From the NCBI GenBank assembly GCA_017858735.1, contig JAFMBH010000007.1, positions 7,223 through 71,222 of the forward strand: 64,000 nt of DNA, read 5' to 3'. The DNA is from Bacteroidota bacterium. Lineage in GTDB: Bacteria > Bacteroidota > Bacteroidia > Chitinophagales > Saprospiraceae. Numbering within the stretch: the stretch's first letter is position 1; each line of letters begins with the position of its first letter. The position numbers were made by a program, and so were the translations under genes. Under the pieces are notes generated by a model. The model searched no databases and was not told the DNA's origin. It was given only the letters and a program-made list of their open reading frames with translations. This document shows positions 17,941 through 26,634 of the stretch, piece after piece.

Positions 17941-19935
17941 TTAATCCTTTCCCGATATTGAAATTTTTGATTTGGCATCCATTTTCAATCCAGTATTTGT
18001 TTCATAAATCTTTAAGTATTTTGCATGAAACGGGCCAACGTACTTTTTCCCATCAATTTTAAGATAGCTCGCCGTCAGAACCATCTGGAAATTATTATCG
18101 TCAGCAATCACCTGATCTTTAACTAATTGTTTGGTAATGGCAGATTTTACGTTGTCCTGACGAAAAGAGATATTGTCAATGGAAAAATTAATGCTATCAG
18201 CGACAAATAATGCTTTTCCTTCTATCAACTTGTTTCCAGGCATTCCATTAACGATGATGACTTCTTCCCCATTAGCCGATTTCCGGATATCAATGGTTTT
18301 TATTTCGTCTTTGTTAATATTATTTGTGATATTCTTCTCTGTAGTGATTACTGTCACAGTGGTTTCAGATTTTTGTCCTTTCGGTGCTTTTCTGACATCG
18401 ATGGATTGAATAGTGGCCGGATCAATATCGTCAATATTGACATTATTACCTTTTTCGTCTTTCCAGATTATCTTTTCATCCGTTTGGATATTTTGTCCCT
18501 CTCTTTTAACTGTGATTTCTTTATGCTGGATAAATTTGTGGGAGGTGCCATCTTTTGTTACAATAATCATGTAATCCTCATTGGTATTTTTAGAGGGTTG
18601 CCCTTGATTCCAAATCATTGGCGGTGGAGGTGGTGCAGGGACTCCTGGAGGAGGTGGTGGAGGAGGTATTCCCGGCGGTGGCGGTGGGGGCATTTCACTT
18701 ATAACCTTCTTAACCTCCGATTCGTATTTGGGAAAGTCACTTTCAGGAATCGTGTTGCCGTCTTTCTTCAACGAAACAATTTTTCCATCCTTCAGATTGA
18801 TATTCCAGGTTTCACCGTTTTTATTTAGGTTGAGTTGAATCGTCCCTTTAGGAAGGGTGTCTGTTACCTCTGTGCGTATGGTTTTAAATGTGGAGTTATT
18901 GGCAAAAATTGGTTTTTGTTGCCAAAACATACCAAGGGCAAGTCCTAACATCAGGATTCCCAGCGTTGTTTTTTCCATGAAATTTACATTTTTTGAAGGT
19001 TCTAAAATTCTTTTGATTCTGAGATACATTTCAGATGGTTTCTTGGCGAATGCCAGAGAACCGATACCTGAAATAGTATTATTTTCCTGTATTATCAATA
19101 ATGCTTTTGCATAAGATAATTTTTGATTGAGTTCTTTTCCAGCCGCTTCATCATCACAGATATGTTCCCTTTCCCTTTTAATGATGCTAGTCAGCCACCA
19201 GGTTACAGGGTGAAAATAGAAAACCACCTCAATAAATATTTGAAAAATATTTAATATATAGTCGTTTCTTTTTATATGAGCTAATTCATGAAGTATAACT
19301 GCTTCTATTTGCTCCGGTGTAAGTTTTGAAAGTAAGGCAAAGGGGAAAAGCAGAATGGGTTTGAAATGGCCAAATACAATAGGGCTTTGAATTTGTGTGG
19401 ATAACTTCCCAATGATTCTTTTCACCCCGGCTTCTTTTCGTTTCAGCTCTAAAAACAAGTTCATTTCCATTGGAAGTGGGTCCGTACTTACCTTACTTAA
19501 CCAAATTAAATAAGAAAAGCCTCCCATCATTCTCAAGGTCATGAAAGATACTCCTATTAACCATACCCAGGAAACCCAATCAATGTATTGGTTAGGCAGA
19601 TTAAGTAATTTTTCAAGCAGAGAGGTTTGAACAGCCACCGTTTCATTATCAGACAAATAGAAATGATTTTGAATACCTGACTCCTGGTTTATTGCAGGTT
19701 CAATTCTGTTGGCAAAGGTGTTCCATATATAACAAAAAGTACAGATGGAAGTAAGTAATTGTATGAATAAGGTGGTCCATGCTGCGTTAAATCGGGCTTT
19801 GGCACTTTTAAAACTTTGGGTAGTAAGCAGAATATAAAATACCAGTCCAATGATAGCACCTTGCCATATTGCATGGAATACGGTCCAGCCTAACACATCA
19901 ATCAGATTTTGAGGAAATTCTATGAAATTTTTCAC
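17941..19935 (-). CDS. BlaR1-like M56 family membrane metallopeptidase / signal transducer with polyproline linker and a non-PBP C-terminal region
   Basis: The 664-aa ORF has N-terminal TM helices and the zinc motif HELAHIKRND. It sits 17 nt downstream of blaI. A 24-codon polyproline block (PPPPPPGIPPPPPPPGVPAPPPPP, nt 18619-18690) is followed by a ~225-aa region that matches no family I recognise. Confidence 0.85.
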   Translation of the reverse strand: MKNFIEFPQNLIDVLGWTVFHAIWQGAIIGLVFYILLTTQSFKSAKARFNAAWTTLFIQLLTSICTFCYIWNTFANRIEPAINQESGIQNHFYLSDNETVAVQTSLLEKLLNLPNQYIDWVSWVWLIGVSFMTLRMMGGFSYLIWLSKVSTDPLPMEMNLFLELKRKEAGVKRIIGKLSTQIQSPIVFGHFKPILLFPFALLSKLTPEQIEAVILHELAHIKRNDYILNIFQIFIEVVFYFHPVTWWLTSIIKREREHICDDEAAGKELNQKLSYAKALLIIQENNTISGIGSLAFAKKPSEMYLRIKRILEPSKNVNFMEKTTLGILMLGLALGMFWQQKPIFANNSTFKTIRTEVTDTLPKGTIQLNLNKNGETWNINLKDGKIVSLKKDGNTIPESDFPKYESEVKKVISEMPPPPPPGIPPPPPPPGVPAPPPPPMIWNQGQPSKNTNEDYMIIVTKDGTSHKFIQHKEITVKREGQNIQTDEKIIWKDEKGNNVNIDDIDPATIQSIDVRKAPKGQKSETTVTVITTEKNITNNINKDEIKTIDIRKSANGEEVIIVNGMPGNKLIEGKALFVADSINFSIDNISFRQDNVKSAITKQLVKDQVIADDNNFQMVLTASYLKIDGKKYVGPFHAKYLKIYETNTGLKMDAKSKISISGKD

Positions 19936-19952
19936 GGCAATACCTTTAAATA

Positions 19953-20351
19953 TTAAATAATTTGATGGGTGGGATCTTGATCTTCTAATTGGGAAATCAA
20001 TTTTTTTATCTCCTCCAATTCAGAGGCAGATGCGGCAGCATTCCCTAAAACTTGCATAACTAATTGATGCGAAGATCCCTGAAAAGTATTGATTACAAAC
20101 TTTTGTACTAGTTTTTCTTTTGTAGTTTGCTCGGAAATAGTCGCCTGATAAAGATGTATTCTTGCAGATTCATCTCTTTGGACCAATTTCTTCTCCAGCA
20201 TTATTTGCAATTGCTTGAGTATGGTGGTATAGCCAACTTCCCTTTTTTCTTGCAATAGTCCATGCACTTGCTTGACAGAACAAGGTCCTATCTGCCATAG
20301 TGTTTGCAGAATTTCCAGTTCCGCTTCCGTTGGATTGGGTAAATTTTTCAT
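19953..20351 (-). CDS. blaI: BlaI/MecI/CopY family transcriptional repressor
   Basis: The 132-aa ORF has the winged-helix N-terminus PTEAELEILQTLWQIGPCSVKQVH...GYTTILKQLQIMLEKKLV and a C-terminal dimerisation helix. It is paired with an M56 protein. Confidence 0.9.
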   Translation of the reverse strand: MKNLPNPTEAELEILQTLWQIGPCSVKQVHGLLQEKREVGYTTILKQLQIMLEKKLVQRDESARIHLYQATISEQTTKEKLVQKFVINTFQGSSHQLVMQVLGNAAASASELEEIKKLISQLEDQDPTHQII

Positions 20352-20364
20352 GCCTTATAATTAC

Positions 20365-20382
20365 CTACGATTAACTTCGTAG
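20365..20382. promoter_or_regulatory. Candidate BlaI operator dyad 1 (CTACGA-N6-TCGTAG)
   Basis: This is a perfect 6-bp inverted repeat with a 6-nt spacer, 14 nt upstream of the blaI ATG (20351). It shares the half-site TACGA/TCGTA with dyad 2. Confidence 0.45.
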
Positions 20383-20419
20383 TGCAATGTAAGACACATT
20401 TATGAAACATCCAAATGAT

Positions 20420-20437
20420 GTACGAGATTTTTCGTAC
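20420..20437. promoter_or_regulatory. Candidate BlaI operator dyad 2 (GTACGA-N6-TCGTAC)
   Basis: This is a perfect 6-bp inverted repeat with a 6-nt spacer. Its centre is 55 bp from the centre of dyad 1. Confidence 0.45.
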
Positions 20438-20448
20438 TAATTTTTTTA

Positions 20449-20874
20449 TTAATCAATCCAGGTGCGAAACTTAAGTCTTATAGACTCATAAGGCCTCTCC
20501 AATTTGATGGCAGCTTCATTGAACGATGGGCTTCGCCACTTGGGGAATATATCATTTGAAAATGCGTAAGCCTCTGTTGGAATGCCTAAAATATTTTTAT
20601 CTATTTTTTTATTGCCATTTACATCTTGATAGGCAGCAACTAAATATTTTCCTTCGGGAAGTCCTTCAAACTTAATTATTTGGGTAGCGTTTTTCCCCAC
20701 GGCCACTACTTGAGCATGATTAGGATTTGCCTCATCCTTGAAGGCAGCCGCAGAATTATACAGACCAATTCGGATGGTTCCCTTTTCTGGTATCAAGCCT
20801 TCCATCTTAATTTCTAAAGTAATAGGTGGATTGAAGAGGGAGAAAAATATGGAATAGAAAATAATGTGGAGCAT
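20449..20874 (-). CDS. DUF2141 domain-containing protein (secreted, Ig-like)
   Basis: The 141-aa ORF has an N-terminal hydrophobic signal. The blocks GTIRIGLYNSAAAF, GKYLVAAYQDVNGNKKIDKNILGIPTEAYAFSND and PSFNEAAI match my recollection of DUF2141. Confidence 0.72.
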   Translation of the reverse strand: MLHIIFYSIFFSLFNPPITLEIKMEGLIPEKGTIRIGLYNSAAAFKDEANPNHAQVVAVGKNATQIIKFEGLPEGKYLVAAYQDVNGNKKIDKNILGIPTEAYAFSNDIFPKWRSPSFNEAAIKLERPYESIRLKFRTWID

Positions 20875-20981
20875 TCTTATTAATTTTAATAACTAAATTG
20901 AAATAGACTGGATTAGGTTTAATTTTTTTGCATATTTTATAAATCATAAACCTTTATCTTTTCATTTTTGTTGTATTATTG

Positions 20982-20997
20982 TAGCGAAATTTCGCTA
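20982..20997. promoter_or_regulatory. Perfect 16-bp palindrome TAGCGAAATTTCGCTA just upstream of the acyl-CoA dehydrogenase gene (candidate operator or 5'-UTR hairpin)
   Basis: The half-sites tagcgaaa and tttcgcta are perfectly complementary. The palindrome ends 11 nt before the ATG at 21009. Confidence 0.3.
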
Positions 20998-21008
20998 AAA
21001 ATAAAATT

Positions 21009-22814
21009 ATGGAATCAACAGCTGTTAAGTCACAACTAAAAGGAGGTGAATTTCTATTGAAGGAAAGCACCATTGAGGATATTTTTATCCCGGAAGATTT
21101 CAATGAGGAACAAAAAATGATTCGCCAAACGGCTTATGATTTTCTAATTCAAGAAGTTCTTCCGCACGCGAGAAAAATTGATAAACAAGAGGACGACACC
21201 TTACTTGAAGTACTTGGTAAGTTTGCTGAACTTGGCTTTTTGGGTACCCACATGCCTACGGAATACGGAGGTTTAGACTTTGATAATCATACAAATACCT
21301 TGATTAGCGAGGTTATGGGACCTTCCGGATCCTTTACGGTTGCTTATGCAGCTCATATAGGTATCGGTATGTTGCCCATTTTATATTTTGGCACGGAAGA
21401 ACAGAAATCTCATTATCTCCCCCGACTTATTTTGGGTGAATTAAAAGCTTCTTACTGTTTAACTGAACCCGGTTCAGGTTCCGATGCATTAGCAGCTAAA
21501 ACAAGAGCTGATTTAAGCGAGGATGGAACAAAATACATATTAAACGGGCAGAAAATGTGGATTTCCAATGCCGGTTTCGCAGATATTTTCATTGTCTTTG
21601 CAAAAATTGGAGGAGAAAAATTCACTGGATTTATAGTAGAAAGAAATACCCCGGGGCTAACTTTTGGGGAAGAGGAAGAGAAAATGGGGATTAAGGGTTC
21701 TTCCACAAGACAGGTATTTTTTGAAAATGTGGCTGTTCCCGTTGAAAATTTATTGGGAGATATTGGGAAGGGACATTTAATTGCTTTTAATGTGCTGAAT
21801 ATCGGTCGGTATAAATTGGGCGCTTTATGTCTGGGTGGTGCACAGGGAAGTGCCGATACCGCCATTAAATATGCCAATGAAAGAGTTCAATTTGGCCAGG
21901 CCATTTCTAATTTTGGTGCCATTAAATATAAAATTGCGGAACAAGCGATTCGCATTTTTTCCGGACAAAGTGCCTTATACAGGGTTTCCCATTTGTTGCA
22001 AAAAAAGAGAGAGGAATTAGCTGCAGAAGGGGTGCCATTTGCTAAAGCTAAATTGGAGGGGGCAGAAGAATATGCTATTGAGTGTTCTATTCTAAAGATT
22101 GTAGGTTCGGAAGTGGTTGATTATGTGGTAGATGAAACCTTACAAATTCATGGCGGTATGGGTTTCTCCGAAGAAGGAACTGCGGCCAGAGGCTATAGGG
22201 ATTCAAGAATAAATAGAATCTACGAAGGAACGAATGAAATAAACAGAATGTTGATGGTTGACCAACTCTTTAAAAGGGCTCTAAAGGGGGAACTTGATTT
22301 AGTTGGTCCCGCCTGGGCCGTTCAAAAGGAGTTAGCTTCCATGCCAGTATTGGAAAATGTTTCAGGTCCTTATGCAGAGGAGAGAAAAGCTATTACCGAT
22401 TTTAAGAAAATTTTACTGATGGTAGCAGGTGCCGCTGCAAAATCTCAAATGGACGGTAAGATTAACTTAAAGGAAGAACAAGAGGTCTTATTTAATCTTT
22501 CTGATATGCTTACCGATTTGTTTTTAGCCGAATCTACCTTATTACGCGTAGAAAATCTTTCTATTAAAGCAGACAAGCAAATAAATCAAGAGGTGTATGA
22601 TGCCATTTTAAAGGTATTTTTACACGATGCATCCTTTAGAATGCAAAAAAATGCCACCGACGCTTTATCGTCCTTCTCAGAAGGGGATCTCCTGAAAACC
22701 TTTTTAATGGGCGTGAAGAGGTTCTCAAAATATCCGATTCAACCTGTTAAGGAAGCAAGAAGAAAAGTGGCAGATTGTTTAATTGCGGCTAATGCTTATG
22801 TTTTAGGCGCCTAA
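21009..22814 (+). CDS. Acyl-CoA dehydrogenase (long, ~600-aa FadE-type)
   Basis: The 601-aa ORF has CLTEPGSGSDA, GQKMWISNAG and QIHGGMGFSEE...RIYEGTNEINR blocks typical of the ACAD family. It also has the extra C-terminal domain seen in the long Bacteroidota form. Confidence 0.9.
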   Translation: MESTAVKSQLKGGEFLLKESTIEDIFIPEDFNEEQKMIRQTAYDFLIQEVLPHARKIDKQEDDTLLEVLGKFAELGFLGTHMPTEYGGLDFDNHTNTLISEVMGPSGSFTVAYAAHIGIGMLPILYFGTEEQKSHYLPRLILGELKASYCLTEPGSGSDALAAKTRADLSEDGTKYILNGQKMWISNAGFADIFIVFAKIGGEKFTGFIVERNTPGLTFGEEEEKMGIKGSSTRQVFFENVAVPVENLLGDIGKGHLIAFNVLNIGRYKLGALCLGGAQGSADTAIKYANERVQFGQAISNFGAIKYKIAEQAIRIFSGQSALYRVSHLLQKKREELAAEGVPFAKAKLEGAEEYAIECSILKIVGSEVVDYVVDETLQIHGGMGFSEEGTAARGYRDSRINRIYEGTNEINRMLMVDQLFKRALKGELDLVGPAWAVQKELASMPVLENVSGPYAEERKAITDFKKILLMVAGAAAKSQMDGKINLKEEQEVLFNLSDMLTDLFLAESTLLRVENLSIKADKQINQEVYDAILKVFLHDASFRMQKNATDALSSFSEGDLLKTFLMGVKRFSKYPIQPVKEARRKVADCLIAANAYVLGA

Positions 22815-22854
22815 GGATGAAAATTTTTAACTATTTTTGTAAAAATTAAAGCTT

Positions 22855-23268
22855 ATGAGTGAGTATAAAGAAATAGTTAAAGACGGAGTAAAAAATATAG
22901 GAAGCAGAATGAAGAAATTTTTTCTTTACGTTGCCGGGTTTATTCTTTTCGGTTTTATCAGCTATCTGGTAATCTGTAATTTTACTTATAGCAATGGAAC
23001 CCGTTCCGGCTATTTAGTAAAAATTACTAAAAAAGGATACCTTTTTAAAACTTACGAAGGAACCTTGGGAATTGCCGGTATGGCTCAAACTAAACAAGGT
23101 TTTATTTCTACCAATTGGGATTTTTCTGTAAGAAATAAAAAGGTTTATCATACCCTGGACTCCCTGCAGGGGGTTCCCGTTAAACTTTATTATAAGGAAA
23201 AACTTAAGGCGATGCCCTGGCAGGGGGATACCCCTTATTTTGTTTATGCTGCGGAAAGAGTTAAATAA
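22855..23268 (+). CDS. Hypothetical membrane-anchored protein
   Basis: The 137-aa ORF has one N-terminal TM helix (FFLYVAGFILFGFISYLVICNF) followed by a soluble domain. I do not confidently recognise a family. Confidence 0.55.
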   Translation: MSEYKEIVKDGVKNIGSRMKKFFLYVAGFILFGFISYLVICNFTYSNGTRSGYLVKITKKGYLFKTYEGTLGIAGMAQTKQGFISTNWDFSVRNKKVYHTLDSLQGVPVKLYYKEKLKAMPWQGDTPYFVYAAERVK

Positions 23269-23273
23269 TAGAC

Positions 23274-24557
23274 CTAAAAATAACTTTTAGGTATAAAATA
23301 CAGGCCATTCCATAGGCCAAAAATGGTGACTTTTTTGTTTTCGCCAAATGCGACGAGATCCCATTTTTCGTCGTAATCAGGTACTGTCTCAACGGCAGTA
23401 CCTGATTCATCTAATAAAATCAGTGACTTTTCATTTATAACCGTTAGCTCGCTTATAAAACCTGGAAATTCCTCTAAAAGAAAATTTCGCTTGAAAGCCA
23501 TTCTATAGGCTTCGAAAAAAGAATGCCAGTCTTTATAATGTGTTGGAAAAGAAGCGATTTTACCTGATGCTCTCTCATTTATTTGTAAGATAGCTCTTTG
23601 CGGAAATCCTGAAGGGTAATAATGTACATTGCCTTTTACCCGGGTATGCAATTCGTACTCATCTTCCCATTTTTCTCCCCGCCAGCTAAAAGAAATCACC
23701 TGTGCGTATTGTCTGGTTGAGCGTCCAAATAACCAAATAAACCGGGCATTCAGATCATTGCTAATTTGTTTATAGTCCATAGAGCAAACAAACCATTCGT
23801 CGGTTATGGGTGGTTCACTAAGCACTACTTCTTTTTTAATGGTAGCCCCACCAAATACTAATAAATCTTGTTGATTTTCGCTGGTAAAATCATCCCATTT
23901 TTGAAAGGCCTCGCAAAAAAGAATAATTTCTCCGAGTTGCTTGGTGGCGATTTGTATCCAGTTTTCATCATTTCGTTGATAAAAAAGGGGAAGTAATCGA
24001 GAGGCAATGCCATTTAACTTAAAGTCGGTAAGTCGGGAAACGATGGATTCCCAAAAAGAGTAGGGTTGTTCTCTTAATCGTGCCAGACCCATTTTCAAAC
24101 AATCTTCAAGCCAAAGAATCAATATTAAACAGCCCTGAAGCATCTCTGCCTGCCTTTTTAGTTGGTTTTTCTCTCTTAATCGTTGGTTTTCTGCTTCTTT
24201 TTCAATTAATTCCGCCTCACTTAAAGGTTTCTTTGAAACATAAGTTACCACCCATGAGGGGATTTCTTCAAAATAGGGAAATGCCATTTGATTTTTACAA
24301 TAGTAAAATGCCAGGGCTAAAGTATATTTATCTGGTTTCGGATGTATCGGAGAATTAGAAACAGAAATTAAGGTGTCTAAATGCCAGCAAACCTGATAAA
24401 AAGAAGCCCCCGAAGTTTTTATTTTTCCCCAAATATAGCCTTCTGCGGTACCAATATCTTTTAGATATCGCTGAGATGCTAAACGATAACAACGTTCCAA
24501 GGTAGCAGGATCGGGAGATAATTTTTCAATATCCTCCCAAAGAGGTAATAGAGACAT
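23274..24557 (-). CDS. SWIM-zinc-finger-family-like protein with degenerate (Cys/His-less) SWIM motif
   Basis: The 427-aa ORF has an N-terminal region (LSPDPATLERCYRLA...WGKIKTSGASFYQVCWHLD...ISVSNSPIHPKPDKYTLALAFYY) that parallels ~430-aa bacterial SWIM proteins, which read ...YQV.IDL....F.CSCPS...PCKHALALLL.Y. The zinc ligands are replaced here. It lies 16 nt downstream of rnc on the same strand. Confidence 0.5.
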   Translation of the reverse strand: MSLLPLWEDIEKLSPDPATLERCYRLASQRYLKDIGTAEGYIWGKIKTSGASFYQVCWHLDTLISVSNSPIHPKPDKYTLALAFYYCKNQMAFPYFEEIPSWVVTYVSKKPLSEAELIEKEAENQRLREKNQLKRQAEMLQGCLILILWLEDCLKMGLARLREQPYSFWESIVSRLTDFKLNGIASRLLPLFYQRNDENWIQIATKQLGEIILFCEAFQKWDDFTSENQQDLLVFGGATIKKEVVLSEPPITDEWFVCSMDYKQISNDLNARFIWLFGRSTRQYAQVISFSWRGEKWEDEYELHTRVKGNVHYYPSGFPQRAILQINERASGKIASFPTHYKDWHSFFEAYRMAFKRNFLLEEFPGFISELTVINEKSLILLDESGTAVETVPDYDEKWDLVAFGENKKVTIFGLWNGLYFIPKSYF

Positions 24558-24573
24558 GTGTTATGTAGAAAAA

Positions 24574-25311
24574 TCAATCGTCATCTTCTTCACTAAGAAA
24601 ACCCAACTCAATCATTGCTTTTTCAGAAGCAGCTTGTTCTGCACTTTTTTTATTGAAATCGTCAGCGGTGGCTACGCGTTGATTATTTATAAAAACACCC
24701 ACTTTAAAGCGATCGCGTTTTTCAAATTTGTATCTTGAGATAAGTTTATAGGAAATTGTTTTTCCATGTTTCTGGCACCATTCCAGGAGCTGACTCTTAT
24801 AATTATCATCATAATTTTCCAGTTCATGAATATCCAGATACCGGCGCAAAATATTTTCAACTATATATTTTTGAGTAAATGCGTAGCCGGCATCGAGGTA
24901 AATAGCACCGACCAGCGCCTCTACTGCATTTCCGAGCATAGATCTGCTTAGTCTGGTATTATTAAATTCCTGTAAAACGCCATCGAGTTCCATCTTATCA
25001 CCAATCCGGTTTAAGGTTTTCCTTTTTACGATTTTAGAGCGCATTTTGGTCAGGAAACCTTCATTGCTATCTGGATATTTTTTAAACAAATATTCTGCAA
25101 CGATAGTACCCAGTACAGCATCGCCCAGATACTCTAACCTCTCATTATTTTGAGAGAGGATAGATTTTTCATTTTGGGAAGATTTGTGAGAAAAGGCAAG
25201 TTTATATATAGTTATGTTACCTGGAACAAAGCCAAGAACATCGAACATGCGTCGAGCGAAATATTTATCCTTAGACAGATAAAAGTTAAATAATTTGAAT
25301 AGTAATCGCAA
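24574..25311 (-). CDS. rnc: Ribonuclease III
   Basis: The 245-aa ORF has the RNase III signature NERLEYLGDAVLG and a C-terminal dsRBD (YKSQLLEWCQKHG...AEQAASEKA). Confidence 0.95.
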   Translation of the reverse strand: MRLLFKLFNFYLSKDKYFARRMFDVLGFVPGNITIYKLAFSHKSSQNEKSILSQNNERLEYLGDAVLGTIVAEYLFKKYPDSNEGFLTKMRSKIVKRKTLNRIGDKMELDGVLQEFNNTRLSRSMLGNAVEALVGAIYLDAGYAFTQKYIVENILRRYLDIHELENYDDNYKSQLLEWCQKHGKTISYKLISRYKFEKRDRFKVGVFINNQRVATADDFNKKSAEQAASEKAMIELGFLSEEDDD

Positions 25312-25322
25312 TAGATTATTAG

Positions 25323-26585
25323 TTATACAAATTTTTTAAAGATAACACACGCATTATGACCTCCAAACCCAAAAGTATTGCTTAATGCTGCTTTAACCTC
25401 CCTTTGTTGAGCTTCATTGAAAGTAAAGTTAAGCTTTGCATCTAATGCAGGGTCATCTGTAAAATGATTGATTGTGGGAGGCACAAATTTATGGATAATG
25501 GAAAGAATGGAGGCAACGGATTCAACGGCACCAGCGGCACCTAGCAAATGGCCCGTCATGGATTTTGTTGAACTAATATTCATATTATAAGCATGGTCAC
25601 CAAAAACATTCATTATAGCTTTTGTTTCAGCAATATCACCTAATGGCGTGGAAGTTCCATGGACATTGACATAATCAATATCTGATTTATTGAGACCTGC
25701 ATCTTTCAGTGCAATTTTCATAACATTAGTAGCACCCAGACCTTCCGGATGAGGTGCAGTGAGATGATAAGCATCAGCTGTAGCGCCGCCACCGGCAATT
25801 TCTGCAAGAATGGTAGCGCCTCTCTTTTGAGCATGTTCCAAAGATTCCAAAATAATGCAAGCACCACCTTCACCAAGAACGAACCCATCGCGATCTTTAT
25901 CGAACGGACGGGAAGCGGTTAAATAATCATCATTTCTGGTTGATAGTGCCTTCATAGCACTAAAGCCGCCCATGCCTGCAACGGTTACGGTGGCTTCAGA
26001 ACCCCCTGTAACAACGATATCATTCCTACCCAAGCGGATAGCATCCATAGCATTGATGATGGCATGAGTGGCTGAAGCGCAGGCAGAGACTGTGGCATAA
26101 TTTATGCCACGAAGACCATAACGCATAGATATGTGTCCGGCGGCAATATCAGAAATCATTTTAGGAATCATGAAAGGACTGAATCTGGGCGTTCCATCGC
26201 CCTTCATAAATTCCTTTATTTCCTCCTCTAAACTACTAAGACCCCCAATACCGGAACCCCAGATGACACCTATGCGGTCGTGATCTAATGAGGCATCGCC
26301 TTCAAAATCGAGGCCAGAATTTTTAACGGCTTCAGCGGCACAACAAATAGCAATTTGAGCAAAACGATCTAACCTTCTGACTTCTTTACGGTCAATATGC
26401 AATTCAGGATTGAAGTCTTTTACTTCACAAGCAAAGCGCGTTTTAAAAAGAGTGGGATCAAACAGAGAGATAAGGTTTGCACCGCTGATTCCATTTTGAA
26501 GGCTTGTATTGAATGCATCTATATCATTACCAATAGGCGTAATGGCTCCAATACCCGTTACAACAACTCTTTTCATTTGATCCAT
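25323..26585 (-). CDS. fabF: Beta-ketoacyl-ACP synthase II
   Basis: The 420-aa ORF has the active-site Cys in ATVSACASATHAI and the His residues in VNVHGTSTPLGD and SMTGHLLGAAG. The C-terminus is NTFGFGGHN. Confidence 0.95.
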   Translation of the reverse strand: MDQMKRVVVTGIGAITPIGNDIDAFNTSLQNGISGANLISLFDPTLFKTRFACEVKDFNPELHIDRKEVRRLDRFAQIAICCAAEAVKNSGLDFEGDASLDHDRIGVIWGSGIGGLSSLEEEIKEFMKGDGTPRFSPFMIPKMISDIAAGHISMRYGLRGINYATVSACASATHAIINAMDAIRLGRNDIVVTGGSEATVTVAGMGGFSAMKALSTRNDDYLTASRPFDKDRDGFVLGEGGACIILESLEHAQKRGATILAEIAGGGATADAYHLTAPHPEGLGATNVMKIALKDAGLNKSDIDYVNVHGTSTPLGDIAETKAIMNVFGDHAYNMNISSTKSMTGHLLGAAGAVESVASILSIIHKFVPPTINHFTDDPALDAKLNFTFNEAQQREVKAALSNTFGFGGHNACVIFKKFV

Positions 26586-26598
26586 TTCAACGTTTTGA

Positions 26599-26634
26599 AA
26601 ACCACAAGCCTGACATTTAACAGACTTGTGGTTT
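26599..26634 (-). terminator. Intercistronic hairpin between acpP and fabF (candidate attenuating terminator or processing site)
   Basis: A perfect 10-bp stem, aaaccacaag (26599-26608) with cttgtggttt (26625-26634), encloses a 16-nt loop. On the minus strand it is followed by TTTTCAAAACG. Confidence 0.4.

Noticed and set aside
18373-18828. A 151-aa plus-strand ORF with a striking W/R-rich stretch (WRWRWCRDSWRRWWRRYSRRWRWGH).
   Set aside because: It is the antisense reading of the polyproline (CCN)n tract of the BlaR1-like gene. GGN/TGG codons on the opposite strand produce the W/R/G run. It lies wholly inside a well-supported CDS.
21452-21877. A 141-aa antisense ORF inside the acyl-CoA dehydrogenase gene.
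   Set aside because: It is fully nested antisense to a highly conserved CDS. It has no recognisable motif, and its composition mirrors the sense-strand codons.
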